A DNA stretch of 64,000 bases from Gemmatimonas sp. (GTDB taxonomy: Bacteria > Gemmatimonadota > Gemmatimonadetes > Gemmatimonadales > Gemmatimonadaceae). Under the pieces are notes generated by a model. It ran no database searches and was not told the origin of the DNA. It saw nothing but the letters and a program-made list of their open reading frames with translations. Position numbers and translations under genes: made by a program. Positions 39,585 to 48,465 of the stretch are shown here, piece after piece; within the stretch, counting starts at the first letter, position 1, and every line of letters starts with the position of its first letter. The DNA lies in the NCBI GenBank assembly GCA_965279375.1, contig OZ257156.1, positions 1,568,001 to 1,632,000 on the forward strand, read 5' to 3'.

Positions 39585-42004
39585 TGTTCAATCGACTTCA
39601 TGATCGCGTCGGCGCGCGGATCCTTGCGCAGCGCGTCGTAGCGTTCGGCGCGGTTGTACATCTGCAGCCAGCTATCGGGTTGTTTCACGGCGCGCTCAAG
39701 CATCGCCAGCGCGGCGGTGTGATCGCCCAGCTGTTCGAGCGTTGCCGCCAGCACGCCCATCGGTGGTGTCTCGCCGCCATTGACCGTGCGCAGGTGTTCC
39801 ATGGCGCGACGCGCATCTGCTGCGCGACCCGCGCGCGCGAAGACGTACGCGAGAATTCCTTCGGTCTGGTTCGGTCGGTCCTTCGGGAGCTGGTCGAGAT
39901 TGCGCTGCAGCGCGGCGATCGCGTCGTCGTGGCGGCCAAGAAAGCTGAGCGCCTCGCCGCGTGCGTCCCACGCCAGCGCGTACGTCGAGTCCATCGAGAG
40001 GATCGATCGCGTCGCGGAGTCAGCTTCGCGATAGCGTCGCTCTGTCATCATCAGCTGCGCCCCCCACGTCCGCGCGATCAGCGATGCGGGCTCCGCTGCC
40101 TGCGCACGAACGGCGCGATCTCGAGCTTCGGCGAATCGCCCCATGTGCACCAGATTCAGCGCGTGCCAGCCCCACAGGATGGCGATGCTGGAGTCGAGTG
40201 CCTGCGCGCGTCGGTAACTGGCATCCGCGAGACGATTCTCGAATACGCCCATCTGCGCGGACGCGATCGCACCCCATGCCTCAGCGACAGTGGAGTCCAG
40301 GGCGATGGCCTTTCGTGCGGCCTCAATCGCCAGCGGCGAGGTCGTACGAGCCGTGCCCTGTTCGTAGAACGGGATCGATGCCAGCGCCAACCCCAGCGCG
40401 GCGTGAGCGCGCGCAAACTTCGGGTCCCGTGCGACCGCTCGCTCGAATAGCGCGATCGACTGACGCACCGTCTGCGCGGTTCGGCGCCCGAACATCACCT
40501 GCCCTTGCAGATACAACGCGTACGCCTCAGGGTCGGCCGTCTCTACGCGAGTGGCCTGCGCCGCACCGGTACCTCCCAGCGCGCCGAGCAACTTGGTCGC
40601 CACCGCGCGCGCGATCTCATCCTGCAACGCGAAGACATTGGTGAGTGGCCGGTCGTACTTCTCCGTCCACGTCACCGAGCCATCGCTGGCCGACACGAGC
40701 GAGACATTCACGCGCACCTGTCCCGCCGCGCGCTGCACACTGCCGGTGAGCAGCGAGCCCACGCCGAGCTCGCGCGCGATCGCGCTTTCGTCCATGCCGC
40801 GCGCCTGCAACGCGCCGGCGCTCGAGCGCCCGATCACCCGCACGCCCGTCTTCGACAGCGCCCGCGTCATCTCCTCGGCCAGTCCGACGCCGAAGAAGTC
40901 GTCGGCCTTGTCGCCACTGAGATTCGCGAGCGGCAGCACGGCGATGGAACGGTTCGGTGCAGCCGGTGCCGCGCTCGCGACGACGGTCGACGTCGGCAGG
41001 TCAGCGCTGCGGGACTTCACCACTACTGCCACTACGACCGCAACCGCCAGCACACCGCCCGCGATCAGCACCGAATTACGCCGACCACCTGCGGGTGCGG
41101 CCGTGCTACCCGTGCGCGCACCCGTCGCTCCACTCGGCGTCGCCACTCCATCGAGGATCTGCAGGACTTCTTCCGCATTCGCCGGACGCCGCGCCGCGTC
41201 CTTCTCGAGACATCGCAGCACCAGATCGCTCAATGCTGCCGGCAGCGCGGCGTTGCGCTGCGTGAGTGGCAATGGCACTTCGGACAGATGCGCCGCAATC
41301 ATCTGCGCCGCATTCGCCTTGCCCGCAAATGGATGCGCGCCCATCAGCAGCTCGTACGCCAGCACGCCCCACGCGTAGATATCCGCGCGCTGATCCACCT
41401 CGGCGCCGATTGCCTGCTCCGGGGCCATGTACGCCGGCGTGCCGATGGACCCACCCGCCTGCGTGAGCGACGCACTCGTCGCTGCAGGGCCTCCGTCGCC
41501 GATCGTGCGCGACGCGCTGAGCGCTTTGGCGATGCCGAAGTCGGTCACCACCGCCGTGCCACCGGAGAGCAGAATGTTCTCCGGCTTGATGTCGCGATGC
41601 ACCACACCCTGCGCATGCGCATACGCCAACGCGCGCGCCACGTCTCGCAGGATGCTCAGTGACTGCGAGACCGTGAGCGGCGAGCCGCTCGACAACCGGG
41701 CGCGCAGCGACTCGCCCGTCACGAACGGCATCGTGTAGTACGGCAGCGATCCCGAACTGCCGGTGCTTAGCACGGGCACGATGTTCGCCTGCTGCAACCG
41801 CGCGGCCAGCTTCACCTCACGCGCGAAGCGTTCGGCGCTCACGCCTTCGGCCAGCTCAGGGGCGATGACCTTCACCACCACCGCGCGTCCGAGCGCGTTT
41901 TCGTGGGCGACGAACACGCGTGACATGCCGCCGCCGCCCAGCTCGCGCTCAAGGGTGTAGCTGTCGCCGAGGGTGGTCTGAAGTTGGATGCGGAGGTCGG
42001 TCAT
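39581..42004 (-). CDS. Ser/Thr kinase - TM - TolB_N-like - TPR protein (tandem paralog)
   Basis: Same kinase motifs (HRDIKPEN); SIAVLPLANLS, PEAYALYLQG, TPRs, DALRKDPR. Confidence 0.92.
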   Translation of the reverse strand: MTDLRIQLQTTLGDSYTLERELGGGGMSRVFVAHENALGRAVVVKVIAPELAEGVSAERFAREVKLAARLQQANIVPVLSTGSSGSLPYYTMPFVTGESLRARLSSGSPLTVSQSLSILRDVARALAYAHAQGVVHRDIKPENILLSGGTAVVTDFGIAKALSASRTIGDGGPAATSASLTQAGGSIGTPAYMAPEQAIGAEVDQRADIYAWGVLAYELLMGAHPFAGKANAAQMIAAHLSEVPLPLTQRNAALPAALSDLVLRCLEKDAARRPANAEEVLQILDGVATPSGATGARTGSTAAPAGGRRNSVLIAGGVLAVAVVVAVVVKSRSADLPTSTVVASAAPAAPNRSIAVLPLANLSGDKADDFFGVGLAEEMTRALSKTGVRVIGRSSAGALQARGMDESAIARELGVGSLLTGSVQRAAGQVRVNVSLVSASDGSVTWTEKYDRPLTNVFALQDEIARAVATKLLGALGGTGAAQATRVETADPEAYALYLQGQVMFGRRTAQTVRQSIALFERAVARDPKFARAHAALGLALASIPFYEQGTARTTSPLAIEAARKAIALDSTVAEAWGAIASAQMGVFENRLADASYRRAQALDSSIAILWGWHALNLVHMGRFAEARDRAVRAQAAEPASLIARTWGAQLMMTERRYREADSATRSILSMDSTYALAWDARGEALSFLGRHDDAIAALQRNLDQLPKDRPNQTEGILAYVFARAGRAADARRAMEHLRTVNGGETPPMGVLAATLEQLGDHTAALAMLERAVKQPDSWLQMYNRAERYDALRKDPRADAIMKSIEQ

Positions 42005-42146
42005 GGCACGGGGAGCCTACCGACCGAGGCGGGCGCGGGCAAGCGAGCGCGCGGCGTCGTGCCGACCTTTTTCGCCGAGGGCCAAAGGACGACGTACCTT
42101 CTCTACCATCACCACAACACGCCTCGTCACCGAGACCGCGATCCCC

Positions 42147-42662
42147 ATGCCCCAATTGACCAACTTCCCCTGGCGCGCTCGCGTCGCCCTTTCTGCCGCG
42201 CTGATCGGCCTCGTCTCCGGCCGCGCGCACGCGCAGTCGCCCACTGCGCCCGACGCACGCGCCGCCGTCATCGCCGTCGCCGATTCGGCGCTGGCTGCCA
42301 TCACCCGCGGCGACGTGGTCGCCTTCACCGATCTGATGGTGCCCGAGGCGGTGATGTTCCCCACGTCCACACGCAACGGCGTCACCGGCTACGGCGTGCG
42401 CACGCGCGAAGCGCAGCGTAAGGATCCGATGAACGGCTACGTCGAGCGCGGATTCAAGGCGCAGGCGATGGTGAACGGCGGCGTGGCGATGGTGTGGATG
42501 CCGTACGACTTCTACAACAAGGGCGTATGGTCCCACTGCGGCGTCGACGTCTTCACTTTGGTCAAGCACAACGGCGCGTGGCGCATCGCGTCGCTGGCGT
42601 GGAGCGCCGAGCAGCCGCCGGCGTGCGAGAAACACCCGTCGGGACCGCCAACGAATCGATAG
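42147..42662 (+). CDS. Secreted NTF2/SnoaL-like protein
   Basis: Signal peptide; AMVWMPYDFY..G..SHCGVDVFTLVK..G.WRI. Confidence 0.8.
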   Translation: MPQLTNFPWRARVALSAALIGLVSGRAHAQSPTAPDARAAVIAVADSALAAITRGDVVAFTDLMVPEAVMFPTSTRNGVTGYGVRTREAQRKDPMNGYVERGFKAQAMVNGGVAMVWMPYDFYNKGVWSHCGVDVFTLVKHNGAWRIASLAWSAEQPPACEKHPSGPPTNR

Positions 42663-42713
42663 TGGCGCGCGTGTACGTATAGCGCTCCCCACATCCAAGG
42701 TTACGATAGGCTG

Positions 42714-43391
42714 ATGATGAGTTCACGCTCCGCGCGCCTGCTGGCGCTCGCATCCCTCGGCGGGCTCGGTGCCTGCGCATCGGCTCCGACTCGAGCGCCG
42801 GTACTGGCCGCCGGCGCCGGCGTGGTCGTCGCGGGCTCGCCCGCACTGGCCGTAGCGCTCGCTACGGCCGACAGCGCCGCGCGCGCCTTCGCCCCGGCTG
42901 ATGTCGACTTCATGCAGGGGATGATCCCGCATCACGCGCAGGCCGTGATCATGGGACAATGGGCGGCGACGCACGGCGCGCGCTCGGACGTGCAGCGGTT
43001 GTGCCTGCGCATCGTGGCCGCCCAGAGCGACGAGATCGGCATGATGCGACGCTGGCTGCGTGAGCGAAAGCAGGATGTGCCCGATTCCAACGCCACACGC
43101 CACGTGATGAAGATGGCTGGCATGTCGCACGAGATGATGATGCCCGGCATGCTCTCGGACGAGGAGATGGCGCAGCTCGACAAGGCGCGCGGGTCGGAGT
43201 TCGACCGACTCTTCTTGAACGGCATGATCCGCCATCACCAGGGCGCCATTGCGATGGTCGAGACGTTGCTGAGCAATGGCAACGCCGGACACGACGAGTC
43301 CGTATTTCGTTTTGCCAACGACGTGGTCTCGGATCAATCGGCCGAGATCGTCGTGATGCGCCGCATGCTGGAAACGGTTCCCTCCCCCTAA
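42714..43391 (+). CDS. DUF305 ferritin-like lipoprotein
   Basis: ADVDFMQGMIPHHAQA, Q..EI..M..WL, MPGML, FDRLFL.GMI.HHQGA; lipobox LGAC. Confidence 0.9.
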   Translation: MMSSRSARLLALASLGGLGACASAPTRAPVLAAGAGVVVAGSPALAVALATADSAARAFAPADVDFMQGMIPHHAQAVIMGQWAATHGARSDVQRLCLRIVAAQSDEIGMMRRWLRERKQDVPDSNATRHVMKMAGMSHEMMMPGMLSDEEMAQLDKARGSEFDRLFLNGMIRHHQGAIAMVETLLSNGNAGHDESVFRFANDVVSDQSAEIVVMRRMLETVPSP

Positions 43392-43405
43392 CTCTGGATC
43401 GGACG

Positions 43406-45346
43406 ATGCGCCGTACTGCTGTCGTAGTGGCTTCGCTGGCCGTAGTTGCCGTGGCCTGTTCACGCGCGACACAGCCTGCGGCCGGTGGACCGCCGTCACC
43501 CGCGGAGGGGACGACCATTACAGGCGATGTGTCGCTCGCCAAGTCGCCGCCTATGAAGTATCCGGACAGCGCCAAGCCGCCCAATCCGGATCCGCGCATC
43601 GGCCTCAAGCCGGGTGAGGCGGCATCAGAAGCGGGCGAAGCGTCGTTCAACATGAAGCTGCTCTCGAACTCGCCAGCACCGGCCGGCTTCACGGGACGTG
43701 GTGCGACGGGATCGGACCTCGCCTTCAGCGGCAACTACATCATTCAGGGCAACTACCGCGGCATCATCATCTGGGATGGCACCAACCCGCGCGCGCCGAA
43801 GCTCGTCTCGTCGTATCTCTGCCCCACGAGCCAGGGCGACCCGACGGTGTACGGCAACCTGCTGTTCGTCTCCGGTGAAGGCTTGGGCGCCCGCAACGAC
43901 TGCGGCTCCACACCCATCACCGATACGGTCAGCCTCGAGCGCTTTCGCGGTGTGCGCATCTACGACATCGCCGACAAGGCCAAGCCGCGCCTGATCACCA
44001 ACGTGCAGACGTGCCGCGGGTCGCACACCAACTCGCTCCTGCAGGACCCGAGCGACAAGAACAACATCTACATCTACGTGAGCGGCTACTCCTCCATTCG
44101 CTCACCCAGAGAACTGGCGGGATGTCAGGACGCGCCTGCCGGCGACTCGGCCAGCGCGCGCTTCCGCATCGAAGTCATCAAGGTGCCGCTCAAGAACCCC
44201 GAGCGCGCCGCCGTCGTGAACTCGCCGCATCTCCTGGCCGACCTCGCGGGCCGTACGGTGCATGCGCCGCCGCCGAGTGACACGGGCGCGCGTGGTGGAC
44301 GCGCGGGCCGCGCTGGTGGTCCTCCGGGCGCACCGGGCGCGCCGGCTGTCGCAGGTCGGGCCGGTGGTCCGCCGGCTGGTGCACCGGGTGGTGGAGCTGC
44401 GCGCGGCGGCGGCGTCGGCCAGAGCGGTTGCCATGACATCACCGCGTATCCGGGCTCGGGCTACGCCGGCGGTGCCTGCGCAGGCTACGGATTGCTCTTC
44501 GACGTGCGCGATCCCAAGAACCCCAAGCGTCTCAAGTCCGTCGCCGACTCCAACATGTCGTTCTGGCACTCGGCGACGTTCACCAACGACGGCAGCAAAC
44601 TGCTCTTCTCCGACGAGTGGGGCGGTGGTGGCGCGGCGCGCTGCCGCGCGACCGACAAGCTCGAGTGGGGCGGCAACGCGATCTTCACCGTCGAGAACGG
44701 CGAGCTCAAGTTCCAGAGCTACTACAAGATGCCCGCGCCACAAACCACCGAAGAGATCTGCACCGCGCACAACGGCTCGCTGATTCCGGTGCCGGGGCGC
44801 GATATCATGGTGCAGGCGTTCTACATGGGCGGCGCGACGATCTTCGACTTCACCGATCCGGCGCACCCGATCGAAATCGGTTTCTACGATCGCGGTCCTG
44901 GCGGCGGCTACTGGAGCACGTACTGGTACAACGGTGCGATCGTGTCGTCCGACGAACAGCGCGGCCTCGATGTGCATGAGCTGACGCCGAGTGGCTATCT
45001 GTCGCAGAACGAGATCGATGCCGCCAAGACGGTGCGCTACGAGCAGTTCAATGCGCAGGAACAGCCGCATACGGTGTGGCCGCCGAGCTTCCCGTTGGCG
45101 CGCGCGTATCTCGATCAGCTGGAGCGCAACAGCGGCCTCAACGCCAATCGCATCGACGAGATTCGTCGTGGCTTGACGGCGGCGGAGAAGGGCGGCTGCG
45201 GCAATCGCAACACGGCGCTGGCGGCATTGGTGCCGCAGATCCAGGCCGAGCTCGCAAGTGCAGCGGACAAGGGTCGCGTGGAGCTGGTGGCCAAGGCGAT
45301 CGCTGCGTTGTCCAAGACGACCTGCGTGCCCGCGCCGATTTCGTAA
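43406..45346 (+). CDS. LVIVD-repeat-type lipoprotein (usual partner of DUF305)
   Basis: SDLAF.G..QGNY.G, VQTCRGSHT, CHDIT, FWHSATF, DEWGGG, C.AHNGSLIPVPGRDIMVQ. Confidence 0.8.
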   Translation: MRRTAVVVASLAVVAVACSRATQPAAGGPPSPAEGTTITGDVSLAKSPPMKYPDSAKPPNPDPRIGLKPGEAASEAGEASFNMKLLSNSPAPAGFTGRGATGSDLAFSGNYIIQGNYRGIIIWDGTNPRAPKLVSSYLCPTSQGDPTVYGNLLFVSGEGLGARNDCGSTPITDTVSLERFRGVRIYDIADKAKPRLITNVQTCRGSHTNSLLQDPSDKNNIYIYVSGYSSIRSPRELAGCQDAPAGDSASARFRIEVIKVPLKNPERAAVVNSPHLLADLAGRTVHAPPPSDTGARGGRAGRAGGPPGAPGAPAVAGRAGGPPAGAPGGGAARGGGVGQSGCHDITAYPGSGYAGGACAGYGLLFDVRDPKNPKRLKSVADSNMSFWHSATFTNDGSKLLFSDEWGGGGAARCRATDKLEWGGNAIFTVENGELKFQSYYKMPAPQTTEEICTAHNGSLIPVPGRDIMVQAFYMGGATIFDFTDPAHPIEIGFYDRGPGGGYWSTYWYNGAIVSSDEQRGLDVHELTPSGYLSQNEIDAAKTVRYEQFNAQEQPHTVWPPSFPLARAYLDQLERNSGLNANRIDEIRRGLTAAEKGGCGNRNTALAALVPQIQAELASAADKGRVELVAKAIAALSKTTCVPAPIS

Positions 45347-45364
45347 GCGGCTGGGCTAACGGTT

Positions 45365-45400
45365 GGTTGCATGAATAGTTGCACGAACGGTTACACGAAC
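45365..45400 (+). repeat. Three imperfect 12-bp tandem repeats
   Basis: ggttgcatgaat / agttgcacgaac / ggttacacgaac. Confidence 0.6.
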
Positions 45401-45435
45401 GCCGGGCTCCGTGGTACAGGGGCCCGGCGTTCGTG
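45394..45435. terminator. Hairpin between convergent genes
   Basis: cacgaacgccgggc ... gcccggcgttcgtg, 14-bp perfect stem. Confidence 0.65.
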
Positions 45436-45458
45436 CGTCATAGTCCAATCGCCCTCGG

Positions 45459-46601
45459 TCAGCCGCCCCAGATCTGTCCAAACACGCGCTTGAAATTTCC
45501 GCCGAGGATGCCCTCGATCTGCGTGTCGGTGTACTTGCGACGAATCAGCCCTTCGGTGAGATCGAACATGCGCTTCGGGTGATCGACGCCCTCGATATCG
45601 ATCTTCTCGCGGAAGCCGTACACACCCTTGTAGCTCGCCTTGAGCGCCTTGTACTGATCCGGCGGCATCTTGTCGTATCCGTAGAGATCGATATCGCTGC
45701 CAACGCCGAGATGCTCCGGGCCAATGAGCTTGCCCACGTGGTCGAAGTGATTGAGCAGATCTTCGATCGTGGTTGGTTCGCTGCCTTTGACAAACATCCG
45801 CACGCCGGTAATCCCGACTACGCTGCCCGATTTCCCGGCTGCCTTAAAGACCTCATCAGGCTTCGTGCGCGGATGCCCGCTCGCGAGCGCGCGGGCATTG
45901 GAGTGCGTGATGAGTACCGGCGCCTTGGATACCTCGAACGCATCGAGCGAGGTCCTATCACCGCAGTGTGACACGTCCACCGCCATGCCGACCTTGTTCA
46001 TGCGTTCGACGATCGCCACGCCGTAGTCGGAGAGTCCTTCGTCGCGACGTTCGGTGCTGCCATTGCCGATCATGTTGCGCGCGTTGTACGTCAGCTGCGA
46101 TACACGCTGGCCGAGCTTGAAGAACTCGTCTACATCATTGGGCGTCCGGAAGTGCTCGGAGTTCTGCAGGCCGAGCAGAATCCCGACACGTCCCGACGCC
46201 TTGATGCGGTCGAAATCTGCCGCGGTCGTCACGCGCCCGAACCATTGATCGTGCATCGTGACGAACGAGTTGTGCATCGAGAGGTAGCGGTACGCCTGCT
46301 GATACGCGTCCGGACCGCCGAGCCCCACGGCGATATGCAGGGCATTGATCCCCGATGACTTGAACACTTCGAAGTCCGCGGCCGTGAATGCGCTCGGTAC
46401 CGTCAGCCACTTCTCCATGAGCGGAAAGTTGAGGCTCAGCGGGCTGAGCATGTCGATGACGGTGCTGCGCCGTACGAGCTCGATGGCGCGCGCCGAGTAC
46501 TCGGTGGTGCTATGGGCGAAGAGCGAGAAGCGCTGGCGATTGAACGCCGGGGCGGCGACCGCGAGCGCGGCAGTGGAGAGGAAGGAGCGTCTGGTCGTCA
46601 T
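45459..46601 (-). CDS. M19 membrane dipeptidase, Tat-exported
   Basis: TRRSFL; QLTYN..N..G, GLS.YG..V..MN..G..VDVSH, THSN, GVGSD, LGGNF.RV. Confidence 0.88.
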   Translation of the reverse strand: MTTRRSFLSTAALAVAAPAFNRQRFSLFAHSTTEYSARAIELVRRSTVIDMLSPLSLNFPLMEKWLTVPSAFTAADFEVFKSSGINALHIAVGLGGPDAYQQAYRYLSMHNSFVTMHDQWFGRVTTAADFDRIKASGRVGILLGLQNSEHFRTPNDVDEFFKLGQRVSQLTYNARNMIGNGSTERRDEGLSDYGVAIVERMNKVGMAVDVSHCGDRTSLDAFEVSKAPVLITHSNARALASGHPRTKPDEVFKAAGKSGSVVGITGVRMFVKGSEPTTIEDLLNHFDHVGKLIGPEHLGVGSDIDLYGYDKMPPDQYKALKASYKGVYGFREKIDIEGVDHPKRMFDLTEGLIRRKYTDTQIEGILGGNFKRVFGQIWGG

Positions 46602-46644
46602 GGCTCGAAGCGTGGGGGAATCTGATCGTCGGCTCGATGCCGAC

Positions 46645-48297
46645 CTACCGACAGCCGGGCATCCTGAACGCCCCAATCCGCGACGAGTACGCCGTCGCAT
46701 CCTTCTTGAGGTAGTCGCCCACGTACCAGATCGTACAGTCGTCCACCGGGTCGACCGCCGTCTGCGTGTAGTCTTCCCAGCGAAGCGTGGACTGCTGCGA
46801 CGCTTCACCGTTCACCAGCACTTGCTCGCGCAGTGTCAGTTGGCCAAGCGGATCTGTCGCGAGTCGTCCGGCAAAGCGCTGCCCGGCGAAATTGGGTGTT
46901 CCGCCAAACGAATAGCCGATGCCGATGTTGCCACGTGCGTCCATCGCGGGACTCGCCATCCAGCGATAGAAGCCGTCGGGCGCATACGTACCCTGTTGAT
47001 GCAAGCGCAGCGTGCGAGACGCATCACGTGCGTCGAGGCGCAGCTCATACCAGCGCACGCCACCGCCGCGGGCTGCCGTGTTGACCGAATGCACCGCCAC
47101 GATGGACTCGCGGTTGCCGATGCGTCGATAGACCACACGCGCCATCAGCTTGTCGCCCTGTGCATCCAGTTTGCGCTCCACACCCGGCTGTGGTACGCAG
47201 CTGGTTAACTGTCCGTCGCAGAGATAGTGGTACGGCGCGACGGGAATCTTCACCGGTCCGGTGAGCGCCGTCTTGCTGGGGTCGGCCCAATCCACGTGAT
47301 ACGACCACGCGTAGATGCCGTCGTCGTCCATGACCTTCTTGAGCTGCGAGCCACCGGCAGCGAGCATGATGTTGGGCGCACCAGTCGGTGGCAGCTGCCG
47401 TCCATCGAGATCGACGTTGTTGAGAAAATTCACCCCATCGATCACCACGCACTGCTCCGTGGCGCTCTCGCCCTTGAGCATACGCGCGCGATCGACGACA
47501 CAGGCGTGCTTCTCGATCACATCGTCGCCGGTGCTGGTGGGCACGTAGTAGCCATCGGGCCACACGGCCGGGCGCGGATAGTCGGGGAAGAGCGGCCGCA
47601 CGAATTCGTAGCGATAGTACGGGCCAAACGGATCGGGGCCGGTGCTGATTGCGTAGCACATAGCATACGAGCCGCTGTCCGGCGGTGTCGTCGGACGTGC
47701 CGCAGGCGCAGGAGCAGCTGGCGCGGGAACGGTCTGCGCGGTTCCAGCTGGCGGTGGAGCCATGACAGGCGGCTCGTACAGTCGCACCGCGGCGCCGGGC
47801 TGTCCTGGGTTGCCAATCATGCTCAACGACGCCGGCTCTCCACCGCGCGGAGTGCGCGGCTCATTCGCACGACGCGGCCCGCGCGTGAAGATCGGCAGCA
47901 CGATCAGCCACCGATCCGCCAGCTGATCGTACCGCACGACGGCATCGCCGCTGTTGCGCAGCTCGCACGCCCCACCAAAGCCGCGAAAGACGTTGTTGGT
48001 GGGCACGGGGCCATACAGCACGCGCCCAGTCGTGTCGAAGAGCTTGCCACGCTTGGTGAAGATCGCCATGCGGCTGTTCACCGTCTGCACGATGTGATCG
48101 CGACCCACGGCGACGCTGTTGTCCGATGGATTGCGCAGCGAAGTAGTCCCCTGCGGTCCAACAAACCCGACGCCCAACCCATCGAACGAGGCGATCAGTC
48201 GCGCAGGCGCTCGACGACCTTGCGACGTTTGCTCGACACTCAGGGCAGAGACGCCTACCACGGCGAGCGTGCACACACCAATCAGAAGAGGACGCAT
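46645..48297 (-). CDS. Secreted hypothetical protein (Cys-containing, probably beta-propeller)
   Basis: Signal peptide; PSDNSVAVG, YDQLADRW, PDYPRPAVWPDGYY, GGVRWYE, RWMAS.AMD..GNI, RWEDY...VDP.DDCT.W. Confidence 0.65.
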   Translation of the reverse strand: MRPLLIGVCTLAVVGVSALSVEQTSQGRRAPARLIASFDGLGVGFVGPQGTTSLRNPSDNSVAVGRDHIVQTVNSRMAIFTKRGKLFDTTGRVLYGPVPTNNVFRGFGGACELRNSGDAVVRYDQLADRWLIVLPIFTRGPRRANEPRTPRGGEPASLSMIGNPGQPGAAVRLYEPPVMAPPPAGTAQTVPAPAAPAPAARPTTPPDSGSYAMCYAISTGPDPFGPYYRYEFVRPLFPDYPRPAVWPDGYYVPTSTGDDVIEKHACVVDRARMLKGESATEQCVVIDGVNFLNNVDLDGRQLPPTGAPNIMLAAGGSQLKKVMDDDGIYAWSYHVDWADPSKTALTGPVKIPVAPYHYLCDGQLTSCVPQPGVERKLDAQGDKLMARVVYRRIGNRESIVAVHSVNTAARGGGVRWYELRLDARDASRTLRLHQQGTYAPDGFYRWMASPAMDARGNIGIGYSFGGTPNFAGQRFAGRLATDPLGQLTLREQVLVNGEASQQSTLRWEDYTQTAVDPVDDCTIWYVGDYLKKDATAYSSRIGAFRMPGCR

Positions 48298-48465
48298 GGC
48301 GCGAATGTAGCGTTCCCCTGCGGGCCCTCGCCATGCGTGCGCCGACGGTGCAACCTTCCCGAGCCCCACTACGGGAAATACGTTCGCACAACGCTGTCCG
48401 ACGGAACGAACCACGTCAGCGCCACCGTTTGCCACAACGCAGTGCCCTCCCACGACCGAACCGCC

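Noticed and set aside
39440..41990. Repeated DNA suggesting a DGR template/variable-region pair
   Set aside because: The similarity is explained by paralogous kinase domains, differences are not adenine-specific, and there is no reverse transcriptase.
45365..45400. Possible CRISPR-like repeats
   Set aside because: Units are 12 bp, contiguous and without spacers; no cas genes.
47227..48465. N-terminal extension of the M20 ORF (866 aa)
   Set aside because: Overlaps the real minus-strand gene; the signal peptide starts at 48466.
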